Below are positions 37,174 through 49,401 of a stretch of DNA of 64,000 nucleotides, one piece after another (positions within the stretch are counted from its first letter, which is position 1; each line of letters opens with the position of its first letter). Position numbers and translations under genes: made by a program. The stretch comes from Ramazzottius varieornatus (lineage: Eukaryota; Animalia; Tardigrada): contig BDGG01000003.1 of NCBI GenBank assembly GCA_001949185.1, positions 5,338,079 to 5,402,078 of the forward strand. Reading direction: 5' to 3'. Below the pieces are notes generated by a model. That model was not told the DNA's origin, ran no database searches, and saw only the letters and a list, made by a program, of their open reading frames with translations.

Positions 37174-38433
37174 CCTTGCACAGATCTCGATACTCTTCAG
37201 CTGGAAAGTCGACACTTCCACCAGTCTGAAACAGCTTCTTTACTAAACGCGTCCTCTGTTCAACTGTCTTTAAGTATATAATGTCCTAAGCATCGGCTTG
37301 CACTTGTCCACTTCTCGTTCTGCAACTTGACCATATCCTAACGGACATCAGCACGACCGCGATAAAGTCCGTTCTGATACACGATTGAGCATGGTCAACG
37401 GTTGCCGACGCTGGCCACAGGTCAGCGATACGGCCAGCGTGCGTCGACCTTCAGCTGCTGTGGATGCTTCTTCTCGGACCGCGATTTCTCTTCAGCTATG
37501 AAGAGCCACTGAACTGCTTGTTCCTCAAGCTCGAACCAGCATGCTGCGCAGGTGGAAATTCTATTCACTTTTATCGTACGCTGGGGCGACTTTTACAGTC
37601 TTACTGCGATGTATAGTGTATTTTGACTTGATTGTGGAGTCAGTACGCACAAACTGGCTAGATTATTTAGCAGTAGTCCCTAGAAGCAATAATACGAACT
37701 GGGCTACTGGGACAAGGTCTGTCTGCATCGAAGGTGGGAAATATGTGTGGTGTTGAGGTGTTGAAATTCGCAGCGGTGTCCGAATCATGTTAGAGAGCGC
37801 CAGCCTCAGACAAGGAGGGTTGAGCGCACGTCTTCATTTGTACGGCTTTTCGTGTCGCCCACAGGTGACAGAGTGGTAACTGGCAGTTGACATACCGGAA
37901 GCCGTAGTCGTACTTAAGCGCTCAATTCCGCTGCTGTAATGTTATTCTTCGCAAACATCTGCACCCGTAGGTGGCCAAATCAGAGGCTCGGGACGAGGTG
38001 ACTGCTGATGTAGTCTGAAGTTACTGCTGACGTAAGGATCTTTCGCAGTATAGCTTTAAGGTCTCAATATCGTTAGCTCGCCTTGAATGGTTGATACATT
38101 CTGCGAGCAACAGAAATCGATAGAGATGTTTATTCGATGGCGTAAATGGCCGATTTTATAGCCGTAAACCAGCTATTTCTACACAGCCATACAACCGCCG
38201 AACCAATGGCTAGGGCGAACAAACGGTGTGTATGTTATGGTTTGTGGGAGAGCCAAACAAGTTCAGTTACGTCTTCCGCAGCGGCCATTTATGTTAGGTC
38301 TAGCAATAGTTATGTCGCGGTGGTTCATAGGTCAATCCACCGTCTTGTGGTGCGGTTAAAGTGGTTCCTAATGGTTCACGGCTCCGACGGCTCGCATGGC
38401 GCTTCCGCGGGATCACAAGTACTGATGGGGGTG

Positions 38434-38951
38434 TTAGGTGGTGGCAGGGGGGGCAGTGGTGGTAGGGGGGGCAGTGGTGGTAGGGGGGGCAGTGGTGGTA
38501 GGGGGGGCAGTGGTGGTAGGGGGGGCAGTGGTGGTAGGGGGGGCAGTGGTGGTAGGGGGGGCAGTGGTGGTAGGTTTAGTTGTGGTTTGTTGTCCGCCTA
38601 ATATCATCAAAAACAACTCCGCTCTTGTTCCAGCCGCCAAAGATCATTGTAACGTCAAAATGAAATGGGGTCAAGGGTGTCTGACTTACCGATGGTCGAT
38701 GGGCCTGTTGCCGGTAGAGTTGGGCGAGTCGTGGCTGGCGATCCTGCTAACGTCGTACGTGTTAGAGGTGTTCGGGTCGGCACGGTGTTATAACGCCCTT
38801 TGTTACGATGCCCTTTTTGTTCTAATTTTACGGGGGATGACTGCCGGGCTTTTCCAGCATGTGGGGATTTTTGACGAGCTTCATCAGCGTTTGCATAGTG
38901 CAGGCATGCGATAACACTCAAGACGAGGACAACCAAGACTATGGCCCTCAT
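38434..38951 (-). CDS. Secreted Thr/Pro-rich mucin-like peptide, 2 exons
   Basis: Signal peptide MRAIVLVVLVLSVIACLHYANA and a basic segment. Intron about 38690-38599, then (PTTTAP)n. Confidence 0.65.
38437..38575. repeat. 18-bp tandem repeat, about 7.5 copies
   Basis: (GGTGGTAGGGGGGGCAGT)n, encoding PPTTTA on the minus strand. Confidence 0.95.
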
Positions 38952-41068
38952 TTTGCCACCTGTCAACTATGACAGCAGATGCAGAAATCTAAGACAAACA
39001 ACGAGATTTCGACTTAACGTGGCTTAACCGCCAAAATACTTGCTGGAATGAATGCTGGATATTGGTACTATTTAAACTCAGATGGAACTTTCTGGGTTTA
39101 TATACGACGGATGAGCGGCAGATGATACGCTTTACACTTGACAAGAAGGAAGTGGCAAACAAGCGCAGTTTTCCTGAGGCGAGGCAAACTGCGTTAGCCA
39201 CCAACTTTCGAAGAGACTTCCAAACCTGCCGTACATGGTGTCAATCAAAGGGTTATATCACGCGGAAGAATTTTGTGCCTTGTTTTACCATTTTGATATT
39301 TTTGATGCCTACTTCCGTCTTGCCAAAAATCGCTTGTGAAATCAAGTTTCGGTGACCTTCGCTCTGTTTTATTCAATCTGCGCGAAGAGTACGGTCCGAG
39401 GAAACTGCAGTATGGCTGAAGTGAGTACCGCAGCTGACAACACGACAGGATTTACTCGACTTGCGACGCAGAATTCATTTGAGAGTACCGAAACCTGTTG
39501 CGCATATATCGGGTTTTTTTACGGCTGAAGTCTCATTTGAATTGTAATCAACGTAACGTTTACGATCGAGGATTTTCACTAGTTTTAAGCATCATTGTCC
39601 AGATCGGTGTTGCACGTGGACATTTGTTGCGACCGACGCAGCAGAAAAAGCTCTCTGAATCTCTGGTCAAGGTCAAGTTTACTGCCGCATCACAGAAGAG
39701 AAACGCCATCCGGCGACAACGTAGCTGGTCTTGGCGAAGCGCAGACTTTTACTTTGGACAGGTGAGTAGCAGTGCAAACGAATGACCAGCGATAACTTTG
39801 GTCAGCTGTTGCGGCAGAAGCGGAAACTGTGCCAAAAAGCTCAGCGATGCTCGCCACCCGAATGCCACCGCGCAGTCAAGATATGTGGCCACCGTTGTTC
39901 TGCCAACCGGATACTGTACAATACGGCTGCTCCTTCAAGTGTCAATATTCCATGCCAACTGCACGCGGCACGATTTGTGCGTCAGATGCCTGCAGATCAG
40001 TTTGACACAGATGTTGGCTGTACCAAGTGCCGACGCAGAAAACGGTGTGACCACCCTGAACCGACCATGAACAACGCGTAGCCAAATGGGCAAAGCCCAA
40101 GCGACGTCTATGGCAAATGTGCTTGACCGATGCAGTTATCTTGCGCTCATATTCTTGATGGGTGCAAATTGCCCATCTTTTGTCACGTCTTCTCTGCAAC
40201 CTCAGATGCGTTTTGGTAGGGATAATACGTTCGATCGGTGTTATCGAAGACTCTTGTTAACGTTGAACGAAGTCGGAAATTGTCACTAGAGCCGATGGAT
40301 GTTCTGAGGAGCTCGATGGAACGATGCTTCGGTTAGTCGATACTCGTCCGGCTGCTCGACTTGTGCGCGATATAATATTGCCGACGCCGGACGGTCGGTC
40401 TTGTGGTTAGTCAACGCTCGTAGTCAGCGACTGAATGTCGGCGGGGTCGACAGTTTGTCCAGGCTGACAATCAGGTCGAGTACGAGGTTCCTATTTGATC
40501 ATTGCTCACCAGTGTGCATCAAAGCATTTTGTACTTCGGTCTGGTTGCATCAAATCGGTAAGCCAGAGTTCTTGCCAAGATGAGAGACGAACAAAGCCAA
40601 AGCCATCGAACAACGATAACTTAGGTTATGAAAGCCTCTCTGGCTGTTTTTCCATACAATACATACGTCGTTCGAGTAACGGAAGAACAATGGGACCAAG
40701 ATAAAAGTACAAGCAGTAAGCTCGTTATACGGCTATACTAAAATATGGAACGCAACGGAATTAAGATCAACAGACAGAATCTTTGAGCTTGAACATCTTG
40801 TCAAGGAAGTCCGGAAAGTGTGGAGCCGGTGTCAATTGAGCGTATTTCATCAGGGCTTCGAACTTTAGTAGGAAGCTTTCCTGTAACACAGAAACAACAC
40901 CGGTTTTAGCAAACGCCCCATGTACGGATACTCTCACCATACAAGTGGCAACATCCCTAACGAAATACCTGTAAAACTACATGAAAAATGACCCACAAGG
41001 CTAGCAAAGGTTTTGCCGCTCTGATAATTACATATGTATTTACTCATGTTTGTCTTTTCATTGATGTA

Positions 41069-42737
41069 CACGGTCTACAAGAAAAAACCGACCCCCATCT
41101 GCACTTCTACTTTTCGTCGATTATCTTCACTGCTGCAGAGTCAACCTGCTCCCAAGTATATTCAAATGAAAGAACGAAACGTGCGCTGCTCCCTTTTAGG
41201 TAGAATGGTCAGTTGAATTGTTTCGCCAATTTTTCCTGAGCTCCGAACCCGAAATCACTGCAAAATCGACCACATGCAATTCAACGAAATTTTTCAAAAA
41301 AATAATTTTTACTACTACATCTCGCAGCTTTTTTTACATCTCAATAGCCCGATGTAAAGCCCTGGTTCTTCTTCGCCTTAGCAATGCGCGTTGGCATCGA
41401 ATGGACAAGCTTTTCGCAGAACTCAGGCTCGATACTATACCAGACGTCAACAATGGCTCTCTCCAGATCGTCCATGTTTTTCAGATGGATCTTTCTCAGT
41501 CGCCTATCCACTTCTGCCCACAGTTGTTCGATAGGGTTGAAGTCAGGACTGTACGGAGCCCAGGACAACAGTTTGGGATGGTTTTTCTTCAACCAGTTGG
41601 TCACAAGAATTGACGTGTGTTTGGGATCGTTGTCTTGTTGGAACCACCAGCCGCGTTTCAGCTTAAGTTTTCTCCCGGATTCCTTCAAGTTTCTCTTCAA
41701 AATCGCTTTGTAGTAGACAGCGTCCATGTTTCCTCTGATAATGACAAGATTCCTAACACCCGAGCTTGCAAAACAACCCCACACCATGATACTTCCCCCA
41801 CCATGCTTGACAGTAGGCACTGTACATTCAGAAAGGAATTCTTCTTCCGGCTTTCGCCATACCATCACTTTCTCATCCGACCCGAAAAGGTTGAATTTGG
41901 ACTCGTCTGACCATAGTACGTTGTTCCAGAAGCTTACTGGCTGTTTTCCATACTACTTACAAAAGTCCAGACGCATTTTCCGGGCATGAGGTTTGATCAA
42001 CGGTTTCTTGCGGGCCACTCTTCCATGCAAACCTTTCTCCTGTATCCTGTTCCGAACTGTCTGCTCCGAAATTGACACCGCAAGCTCAGCCTTGATCTCT
42101 TCTTTGATAGTGGAGGCAGATTTCCGTCGATCTCGCAGTACCTTGCGAACGATGAGCCGATCCGTCAGAGCGCTGGTCTTTCTCTTTCTTCCACGTCCCG
42201 GCTTCTGGCCGACGTTCCCGGTGTCCTTGAAATTTCTCACAATATTGATGACGCTGGTCCGTGGAATACACAACTGCCCAGATATTTCATGGTTCGAAAT
42301 CTTGTTTAGATGTTTCTTGATGACAAGATTTCGCACATTGAGACTATACTGCTTCCTCGGAGGAGCCATTCTGAAGAAAATTCCCTGAACATTCCAGCAC
42401 AAAGAAATCAGCTGACTGTTTATTGTGTATTGTAGCCCTTGAATTTTTGCCTACCCCGGTGTTTTTTGGAGGGAATTGGAGTTAGGGTTGGGGAATAACT
42501 ATATTTCTGGTGGAGGCGAGTGTGCGGAAGTAACTTCTACTCACCCTTCATTTCTGGGTCCTCGAATTTTTCTAACGAATGCTTGCAAACCTAGACAATA
42601 CCAACCATACTACAGTGTACTAGAGTTAACGTTCTACGTTTGTGAAAAGTTTCAGCGTATTTGGACTCTTCTACGCTGAGGAATTAGAGCTCGAGTACAA
42701 CGATGATACGGGGGTCGGTTTTTTCTTGTAGACAGTG
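41069..42737 (-). mobile_element. Full-length Tc1 (DD34E) transposon with one nonsense codon
   Basis: 28-bp TIR CAC(G/T)GTCTACAAGAAAAAACCGACCCCC with TA on both sides. Transposase 42369-41341 with GRGRK, WSDESKF, QQDNDPKH and SPDFNPIE (34 residues between D and E). Single in-frame TAG at 41953-41955. Confidence 0.96.
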
Positions 42738-43157
42738 TATCTGTTAAAGGTCTCATCTGTCCAGCAAGCCGGCACCAATATTTCACAGATGTACTTTCAC
42801 AAAGGCTGCGTTGTGCTACGGCGATGGAAACTTAGCGACAATGATAAGAGCGAAGCGCGCGCTAGTTCGCCATTGCTGCCAAAAACTGTCACCGACCAAC
42901 TTGGCTGCGTGGCAAGCCTTCTTTTGCTTGTTGGCAGCTCAGACCTTTCCTACAGCCTGTGGCTCAAAAAAGCCTAAATTCTTTTGTCAAAACATCTACG
43001 CTTTCCACTTATTATTTTTCTCGTTTCGGACAGAAATCACGTCACCAAGCCTTCGTTAAACATTTCTGACAAGGAAACCATACACTATGCCAAAGAATTT
43101 GCCAACGAACTGAGGAATTTCCTTACGAAACATCGAGAAAACATTTTTCTTCTTTAC

Positions 43158-46100
43158 CTGAGATGGATTGTTGGTGAGTAAGAAGCTGCTTTCCGGAGGC
43201 GACATGGCAGAAAACTCGAGAGTGGTGCCAGCAAAGACGCGTCGACCGGCTGACTTGTCTTTCTCGCTGGCATACCAACCAGCCAACGCACGCATCGTCG
43301 CCAACGAGCACTCCGGAATGCAGCGCCGAGTCTCCGTCACTAGATGCTCTTTGTACATGTCCAGCTAACAAAAGAATCAAAGTCATCGAACATACGAACA
43401 TGAATTCCATAAGTTCGAACAGCAGAAGTTGAAAGAACGGACTTACCGCTGGAGCGATCGAAGCTTGGTCCATCGGTATCACACGTAAATTATTCATCAC
43501 AGCCACGGCTTTCTTGTATTCTTTCTTGTCGAACAAGTCGAAGAAAGTAAAAAGATCCAACAACAGCAGGACGTTACTCAAAAGGTTCGAGTCTTTCACT
43601 CCTCGCATCTTCTGCAATCTGAAAAACAGATAATAAAAGTCAGTTGAGCCATCCAAATACAGCAGAATTCAGGTATCCTCTGCGGTACCAAACATTCCAA
43701 AAATCCTGATTTTCTTTCGAACGAGTCAGAAAGAAGTTTTCAATCTAAAATATTTCTGGTGGCTCGGCAAGCAAACTCAATAAAATTGTTTTCCCAAGTG
43801 GCGCAAATGTACGGTTAAAAAAGCTGGAAGCTGCGCCACTTGGAAAGGTGATCGCGCCGAGTTGGATTGTTACCCAGGTGGCGCACCCAATCGGTGGTAT
43901 CTGCCGAAAGCGTGCGCCACTTGGCAGTAGAATATCGCAAGACTCGTTTGCCCAAGTTCTCATTCCTCACCTCTGGACTGCGATGGCGGAAGTGTTGACG
44001 AGATTCTTCCGTTCCTCACTGTTCCCTAATGACGACGTCAGACAACTGGCCAGCGTTCTCAGTATCACCTTCAACATCAGCTCTTTTTCTTCCGCGATCT
44101 CCAGAAGCCTCACCGCTTCCACGTTCCTTCCATCCTTCTCGAACTCAGTGGCCACGGCCGTCATGACGGCTTCCGGATCGCTGACGAACTTATGTATCAG
44201 TCCCTTCCTCAACCGCCCATCCACGTCATTTGCATCGAACTGCCCGAACAGCTTCCACGTCTCTTTCGTGTCCCTGGCTAGTTTGTACACGCATAGCTCG
44301 AACATGTTACGGAAGTTATGTCCATATTTCAACGTATCAAAAATCGGAACGTCTTTTAAGTGAAAGTAATACTCTATGGCAGTCTCGGGACTCTGGCGAC
44401 GAAACTGTCGGACGTAAGACTTGATCATGGCTACGAAATCCAAGTCTGCCGTGAGGTGTACGGGTGACTGTTTGAGGGTGATGGCCATGTGTACTGTGTG
44501 GATTCGGAACTTGGGGTTGTTGAAGAGTCGCTCAAGAGCCAGCTCGAACTGACCGGTGAGCGTGTACACGAGGAAGCATTCGGCGTCGTCGATGGTTTCA
44601 CTGCCGAATTTCTCACGGACTAGTTCGGTTAGCTTGGAGTAGGTGAAGGACTTTGGGGAGGAAGTGACTTGGCAGAGTTTCATCCATAACCAGTCGGACA
44701 CGGTGAAAGCGACACCTACAGGGCCGAAACAACGATAAACTAACTTAACTTTAGTCCAGAAATTAAACCAACGAGAAAATTAATATAATACCCATTTTCA
44801 GGCAATGAAAAGTTCGTTGTAATTTGTTTCTCCAATTTCTCGTGGATTATATTCTACATTAATTTTTAGTTAATTTTAGGATGATGTTTTCGAATGATGT
44901 TTTTTGTGACTGTATAAACCTGCCTTCTGAGTTTTCGGAGGTTCCCATTTTCGACATGACTGAGTAGACAGCCTTCTGGAAGGTGTCGTCGGTGCCCTTG
45001 GTTTGCTTGTACAAGATTTCCACATCGTTCAAGGCCGAAGCGCTCAAGAACCCACCGTTCTTTCCATAGTCTTTCAAGTACCTGACGAACTTCTTGGTGG
45101 TCTCGTCGCCTGCTTCCGCGAACTGGGTGGCAGTGTCCACTGCACCCATCCGCAGACCGTAGAAGATTAGTGGCCAAACTGGCAACCCTTCCACCCTCAT
45201 ACCGTTGAAAATCCTGCAAAAAAGCCAATACACCATCAAAACTAACAAAGAGAGCTCGGCAAACAAACTCAAAAGGATTGCTGTCCCAACTGGCGCACGC
45301 TGACAGTATAAATGGCCGAAGCGCGCGTCACTTAAAAAAACGATATTGCAAAGTTGATTGATTCCTTGAGTGGCGCATTCCTACGGTTTTCTTAGCTGAA
45401 CGAGTGCGCCACTTGAGAAACAAATTCTGCCGAATTCGTTTATCAGCGAATTCGAATTTGTTTTTAGTAACGCTGTACTTTTGATTGTTCACTTTGTTTT
45501 TTCCTATCTAAACGTACAAGCTAGCGCGGTGTTTGGACAGTTGAGATCGAGTGTGCGCCTGGACGACGTCTGTTATGCGCAGTGTAGAGTTGTCCGGACC
45601 GAAGCGACTGGCAGCGCTTTCGTAACAAGTACGTTCCAGGTATTCTTTGGCTGAACGGACGATGTGGCATCTGAATCCAGACGAATCGCGGACTTCCGAG
45701 GTGAAGTCAAAGTCGGACGACAGTTGGAAGGAAGTCATGGCGGAGAAGGCGCGCCACAGCTGCAATGCCGCGTAGTTTCCACTGCGTTGAACTATCTGAG
45801 AGAACTTGTCGCAGAGATTGATCTGTCTGTTGCAAAGAATGGCTTCATTGCATTCTCGAACCTACAAAAGCAGACGAATATTTAGAATACAAAGACATAT
45901 CTTTTTTTGTCGGAACATTAGTTGGGAGCTCAGCAAACTAACCCGACGGAATCGCTTTTCCAAGTAGCGCACATTTTCAGCTTGTAACACTGAGAAGTTG
46001 CGCCACTTGGGGTTACAATCAAACTGGTTAAGATCAGGTTTCACAAATTGCGCACGTTCCTAGCCAAAAACACTTCGACCGTGCGCCAGTTGGAAAAGCG

Positions 46101-47063
46101 AGTCTGCCCACTTGTCAGCCGAGCTAATCATTTTATTATTAGTTTCGTGTGAACATTACCCTTCGGGCGAATTCGGCCTCTTCGTCGGTGATATTCCTGT
46201 TTCCCGGAACAACTTGGTTGTCAGCATTCTCGAAGGAAGTTTTCAACTGTGAGAGACGTTCGCGTTGCTTCTTAAGCAGTTCAGCAAGTCCAGTGGACTC
46301 GATGGCAAGGAGGTCTTGGGAGGCGTGGAAGCGATGGTGGTCAGAATCTTCCAACATGGCAGCCGCTTCGTTTCTTTCTTGAACGACTTTGCGGAAAGCT
46401 CGTTCACTTTCAAGGAGGGCTTCCGTACAGGCATAACGCTGCTTTTCTTGAGAAATCTACCCAGAAGAGCAAGATAATCATTCATAGCCAAACTCGACGA
46501 AACCGGACGAAAATAAGACGCAGGTAAATAACTTGAACATGATCGCTTTCTCAAGTAGCGCGCATTTCCCGCCAATAACAATGCAAACGTGCGCCACTTG
46601 GAATAACGATCTTGTTCCAGTCCTCTGTAGCTACAAACATGAACTTCACCGTCAGCTCTTTGGGTATCGGAATAATACTGTACGTTCCGTCCCACGTAGT
46701 ATTACTGGCATCTGTCGAACGAAAAAATCGTGGTAAAGAAGCAAACCATGTCAGCAGATGTGCAATGGAAGTTTGATGGGGTTTACCTGGTAGGGAATAT
46801 TTTTTCATTTGGGACAAGACAGACTTGTAGCTCGATGGACCAACAGAACTGGGAACTGCAGGTGCTAGCGGATTGGCGAAAGACGAAGCGAGGTTTGCGG
46901 TACTGTTCAGCACAGAATGCGGATGCAGTGTGGAGGGTTTCCGGGCAGAGCCTTGCACTATGTCGCTTGTGAGGCTCTTCATCGGTGTCCCGATACTGGG
47001 GAAACTCACTGTGCTATCCTTCCAGTCCATGGTGGCCGACATGATAGTGTCGCGTCCTAGCAT
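43158..47063 (-). CDS. NUP93: Nuclear pore protein Nup93/Nic96 (multi-exon; 3' end probably further downstream)
   Basis: Motifs AKEYLE, VEGLPVWPLIFYGLRMG, FQKAVY, SDWLWMKLCQV, LTGQFELALERL, HTVHMAITL, LLLDLFTFFD and IPECSLATM, in GT-AG exons. Divergent sequence, start uncertain. Confidence 0.85.
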
Positions 47064-47846
47064 TATTCCGGTAGAAGAGGCAAAAATGGTACAAGAAGAA
47101 GAACGATGAACGGTCTGGAAAACAAACGGTGAGCAGTTATATTATGTATTTCAAACTGGGAGGCTATTCTCTGTGAGACTGTCACTTACCAAAAGATGTA
47201 AAGTGCGCTAAGGCTTAGCCAGGAAGTAGGTAATGCCAAAAACGATATGCATGATCACATGGTATGCCAGGAACAAGCGGAAGCCAAACGGTGAAGAGAA
47301 GTGTGGTTAGTACAACGTCGAACCAAATTTCAGCCAAGGGTTCAGGAAGATCGCTGTGAGCGTAACTACCGCAAACGCTACGAAGAAAGGTCTTCCTGGA
47401 TGGCCAGGGGAAGGAAGATGATCCACGATACAAGAAACATCAGCATAGCTGGGTGGGAAAGCTCCCGAGTCCAGATTTGCGGAAAGAAGGCAATGCCGGA
47501 TGCCGGAATTTCTGAATGATCTCCACTGCGACAGCTCAAGTCTTCAAAAGACACATTGTGCTAAAGAGCAAAAAGTAACAATCAAAACCGAAAAACGATA
47601 CGAAAGGCGTGGCTGCCGTGCGATTGGTCACTGGCGAGGTGATACGAACAATCAACTAGGTGATACGCCAGGATTTGCACTAAAGCGGGTGGAACTCGCC
47701 AATCGCAATGTTCTGACGGTTCTTTCTTGTTTGTTGTGGTTTTTAATGTACCGGCTGTTGCTTTCTTGGACGCTGGAACAAGAGAAGATTTTGTAATTGG
47801 CGAGTTGGCGGACAGACGGCTCATTGATCACATTCGTTTTGGATCT
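47064..47846. promoter_or_regulatory. Putative bidirectional promoter/5'UTR region between Nup93 and YRDC
   Basis: Head-to-head genes less than 0.8 kb apart. Positional inference only. Confidence 0.5.
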
Positions 47847-49154
47847 ATGGTTGGAGGTTTTGCACCAATTTTTAGCTGCCGCGCGGTACTCTCCGCTTAC
47901 AGAAGTGCGCTGATGATGACGTTAGCGTCCACCGGAAGAAGCCGAGCTGCTGTACCGGAAAACGCCGACATCTCCTCCAACAGAACTACCCCACCTGGCG
48001 CATCCACTTCAGCAACTGTAGTCAGCTTGTCTAAGGGTAACAGTACAGCAAGCAATTATTAGACCTCAGTATCGTTCTCAAAGTAATGCTGCGGGGTTCA
48101 CTTCCGGTTGTTCTTCCCAGACTATGAGCATGCATTGGATCTTGCGAAACGCGCCTTGAAGGCAGAAAAATTGATCGCCCTTCCAACCGACACTATCTAC
48201 GGCATAGCCGGACTCGCGCAGAGTTCTTCCGCTCTACAGAAGATCTACGAAGTGAAGGAACGGGACATCGGCAAGCCTGTTGCGATATGCGTGGGTAAAG
48301 CTGCTGACGTCCATAAGTAAGACTCTTTTGTCAGCCTGACTCAAGAATTGAGCGCTTCGACTTCCGTTGGCGTATTTCAGATGGGCCTATGTGGATGTTC
48401 CTAGTGGGCTTCTGGAGTCACTTCTTCCAGGACCGGTCACGTTAGTTTTCCGGCGGCGCCCTGAACTAAATCCCGAGCTGAACAGAGGAACTTCCTTAAT
48501 TGGAGTCCGGGTACCGAACCACGCTTACATGCAAAAGTTGGCCGCTTCTTGCGGGGAACCTTTGGCACTAACCAGTGCGAATAAGAGCGGTGGCCAGAGC
48601 ACTTTATTCGTCGAGGTGGGTCAGAAAATAGCGGTTGGCTATCTGGAAAATCATGATCTAGGAGATTAACCCGACAGGATCGTTTTTGCAAGTGGCGCAC
48701 TTTTCCAGCCAACAGGACTCGACGCGTGCGTCACTTCGGGAAGTTTGTCAAATTCGCTTGCCGGGCTCCTAGTCAATACCTTTTCATTTCTTTGGACGGT
48801 TTCAGGAGTTTAAGGAATTATGGCCACATTTAGAGCTCGTTGTTGATGGCGGTCGTTCGTCAGGATTATCCGAAGATGTAGCAAGGTTGGGCTCGACCGT
48901 GGTTGACCTCTCGCAACCTGCAACCTTCAGCATTATTCGAGACGGAAGGTACGACCATACAGATACTTATACATGAGTAAACGCCCAGCGATAATCTACG
49001 CTACCTGGAACAACATGTTCTTTCTGCTGCTCGCAGTGCGCTTCTGCCTACAGTGAGCGTCTTGAAGAAGTTCGGCCTCACGAACAAACAAGAACTTGAG
49101 GTAACTGTGGCTAACGGTGCTGTTAATTGCACCGTACAGAGGGACCAAAGATAG
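47847..49154 (+). CDS. YRDC: Threonylcarbamoyl-AMP synthase YRDC/Sua5 (t6A tRNA modification), 5 exons
   Basis: Motifs IALPTDTIYG, IYEVKER, KPVAICV, LLPGPVTLV, IGVRVPNH, PLALTSANKSG, STVVDLS and IIRDG. N-terminal extension resembles a targeting peptide. Confidence 0.93.
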
Positions 49155-49401
49155 CTTGTACAACGTGAAAATGTTCTGTTAAAGATAGAAATTCTTCCCC
49201 ATATGCTGCTGTCCGCTTTAGAACGTTTACGAGGAACTTAGAAAACCCACCGTGTGAATCCGTACAACGCATGAAACAAAAAACTTATCATTCATAATCT
49301 TTCCTCACCCGCACATATTCTTACTCCGTTCAAAGCAGGCTCGGAGATCGGAGAAAGTATGGGAAAGAATGCTTGTAGTTAGTCATCCCAAGGAAGGAAA
49401 C

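Noticed and set aside
38146-38914. Plus-strand ORFs with GGRGGS or GGAVVV repeats
   Set aside because: They are antisense readings of the 18-bp repeat. The minus strand has the signal peptide and splice sites.
43794-43924. Calling the family A arms CTCF sites
   Set aside because: The match to the CTCF core is only partial. Kept as a hypothesis, not annotated.
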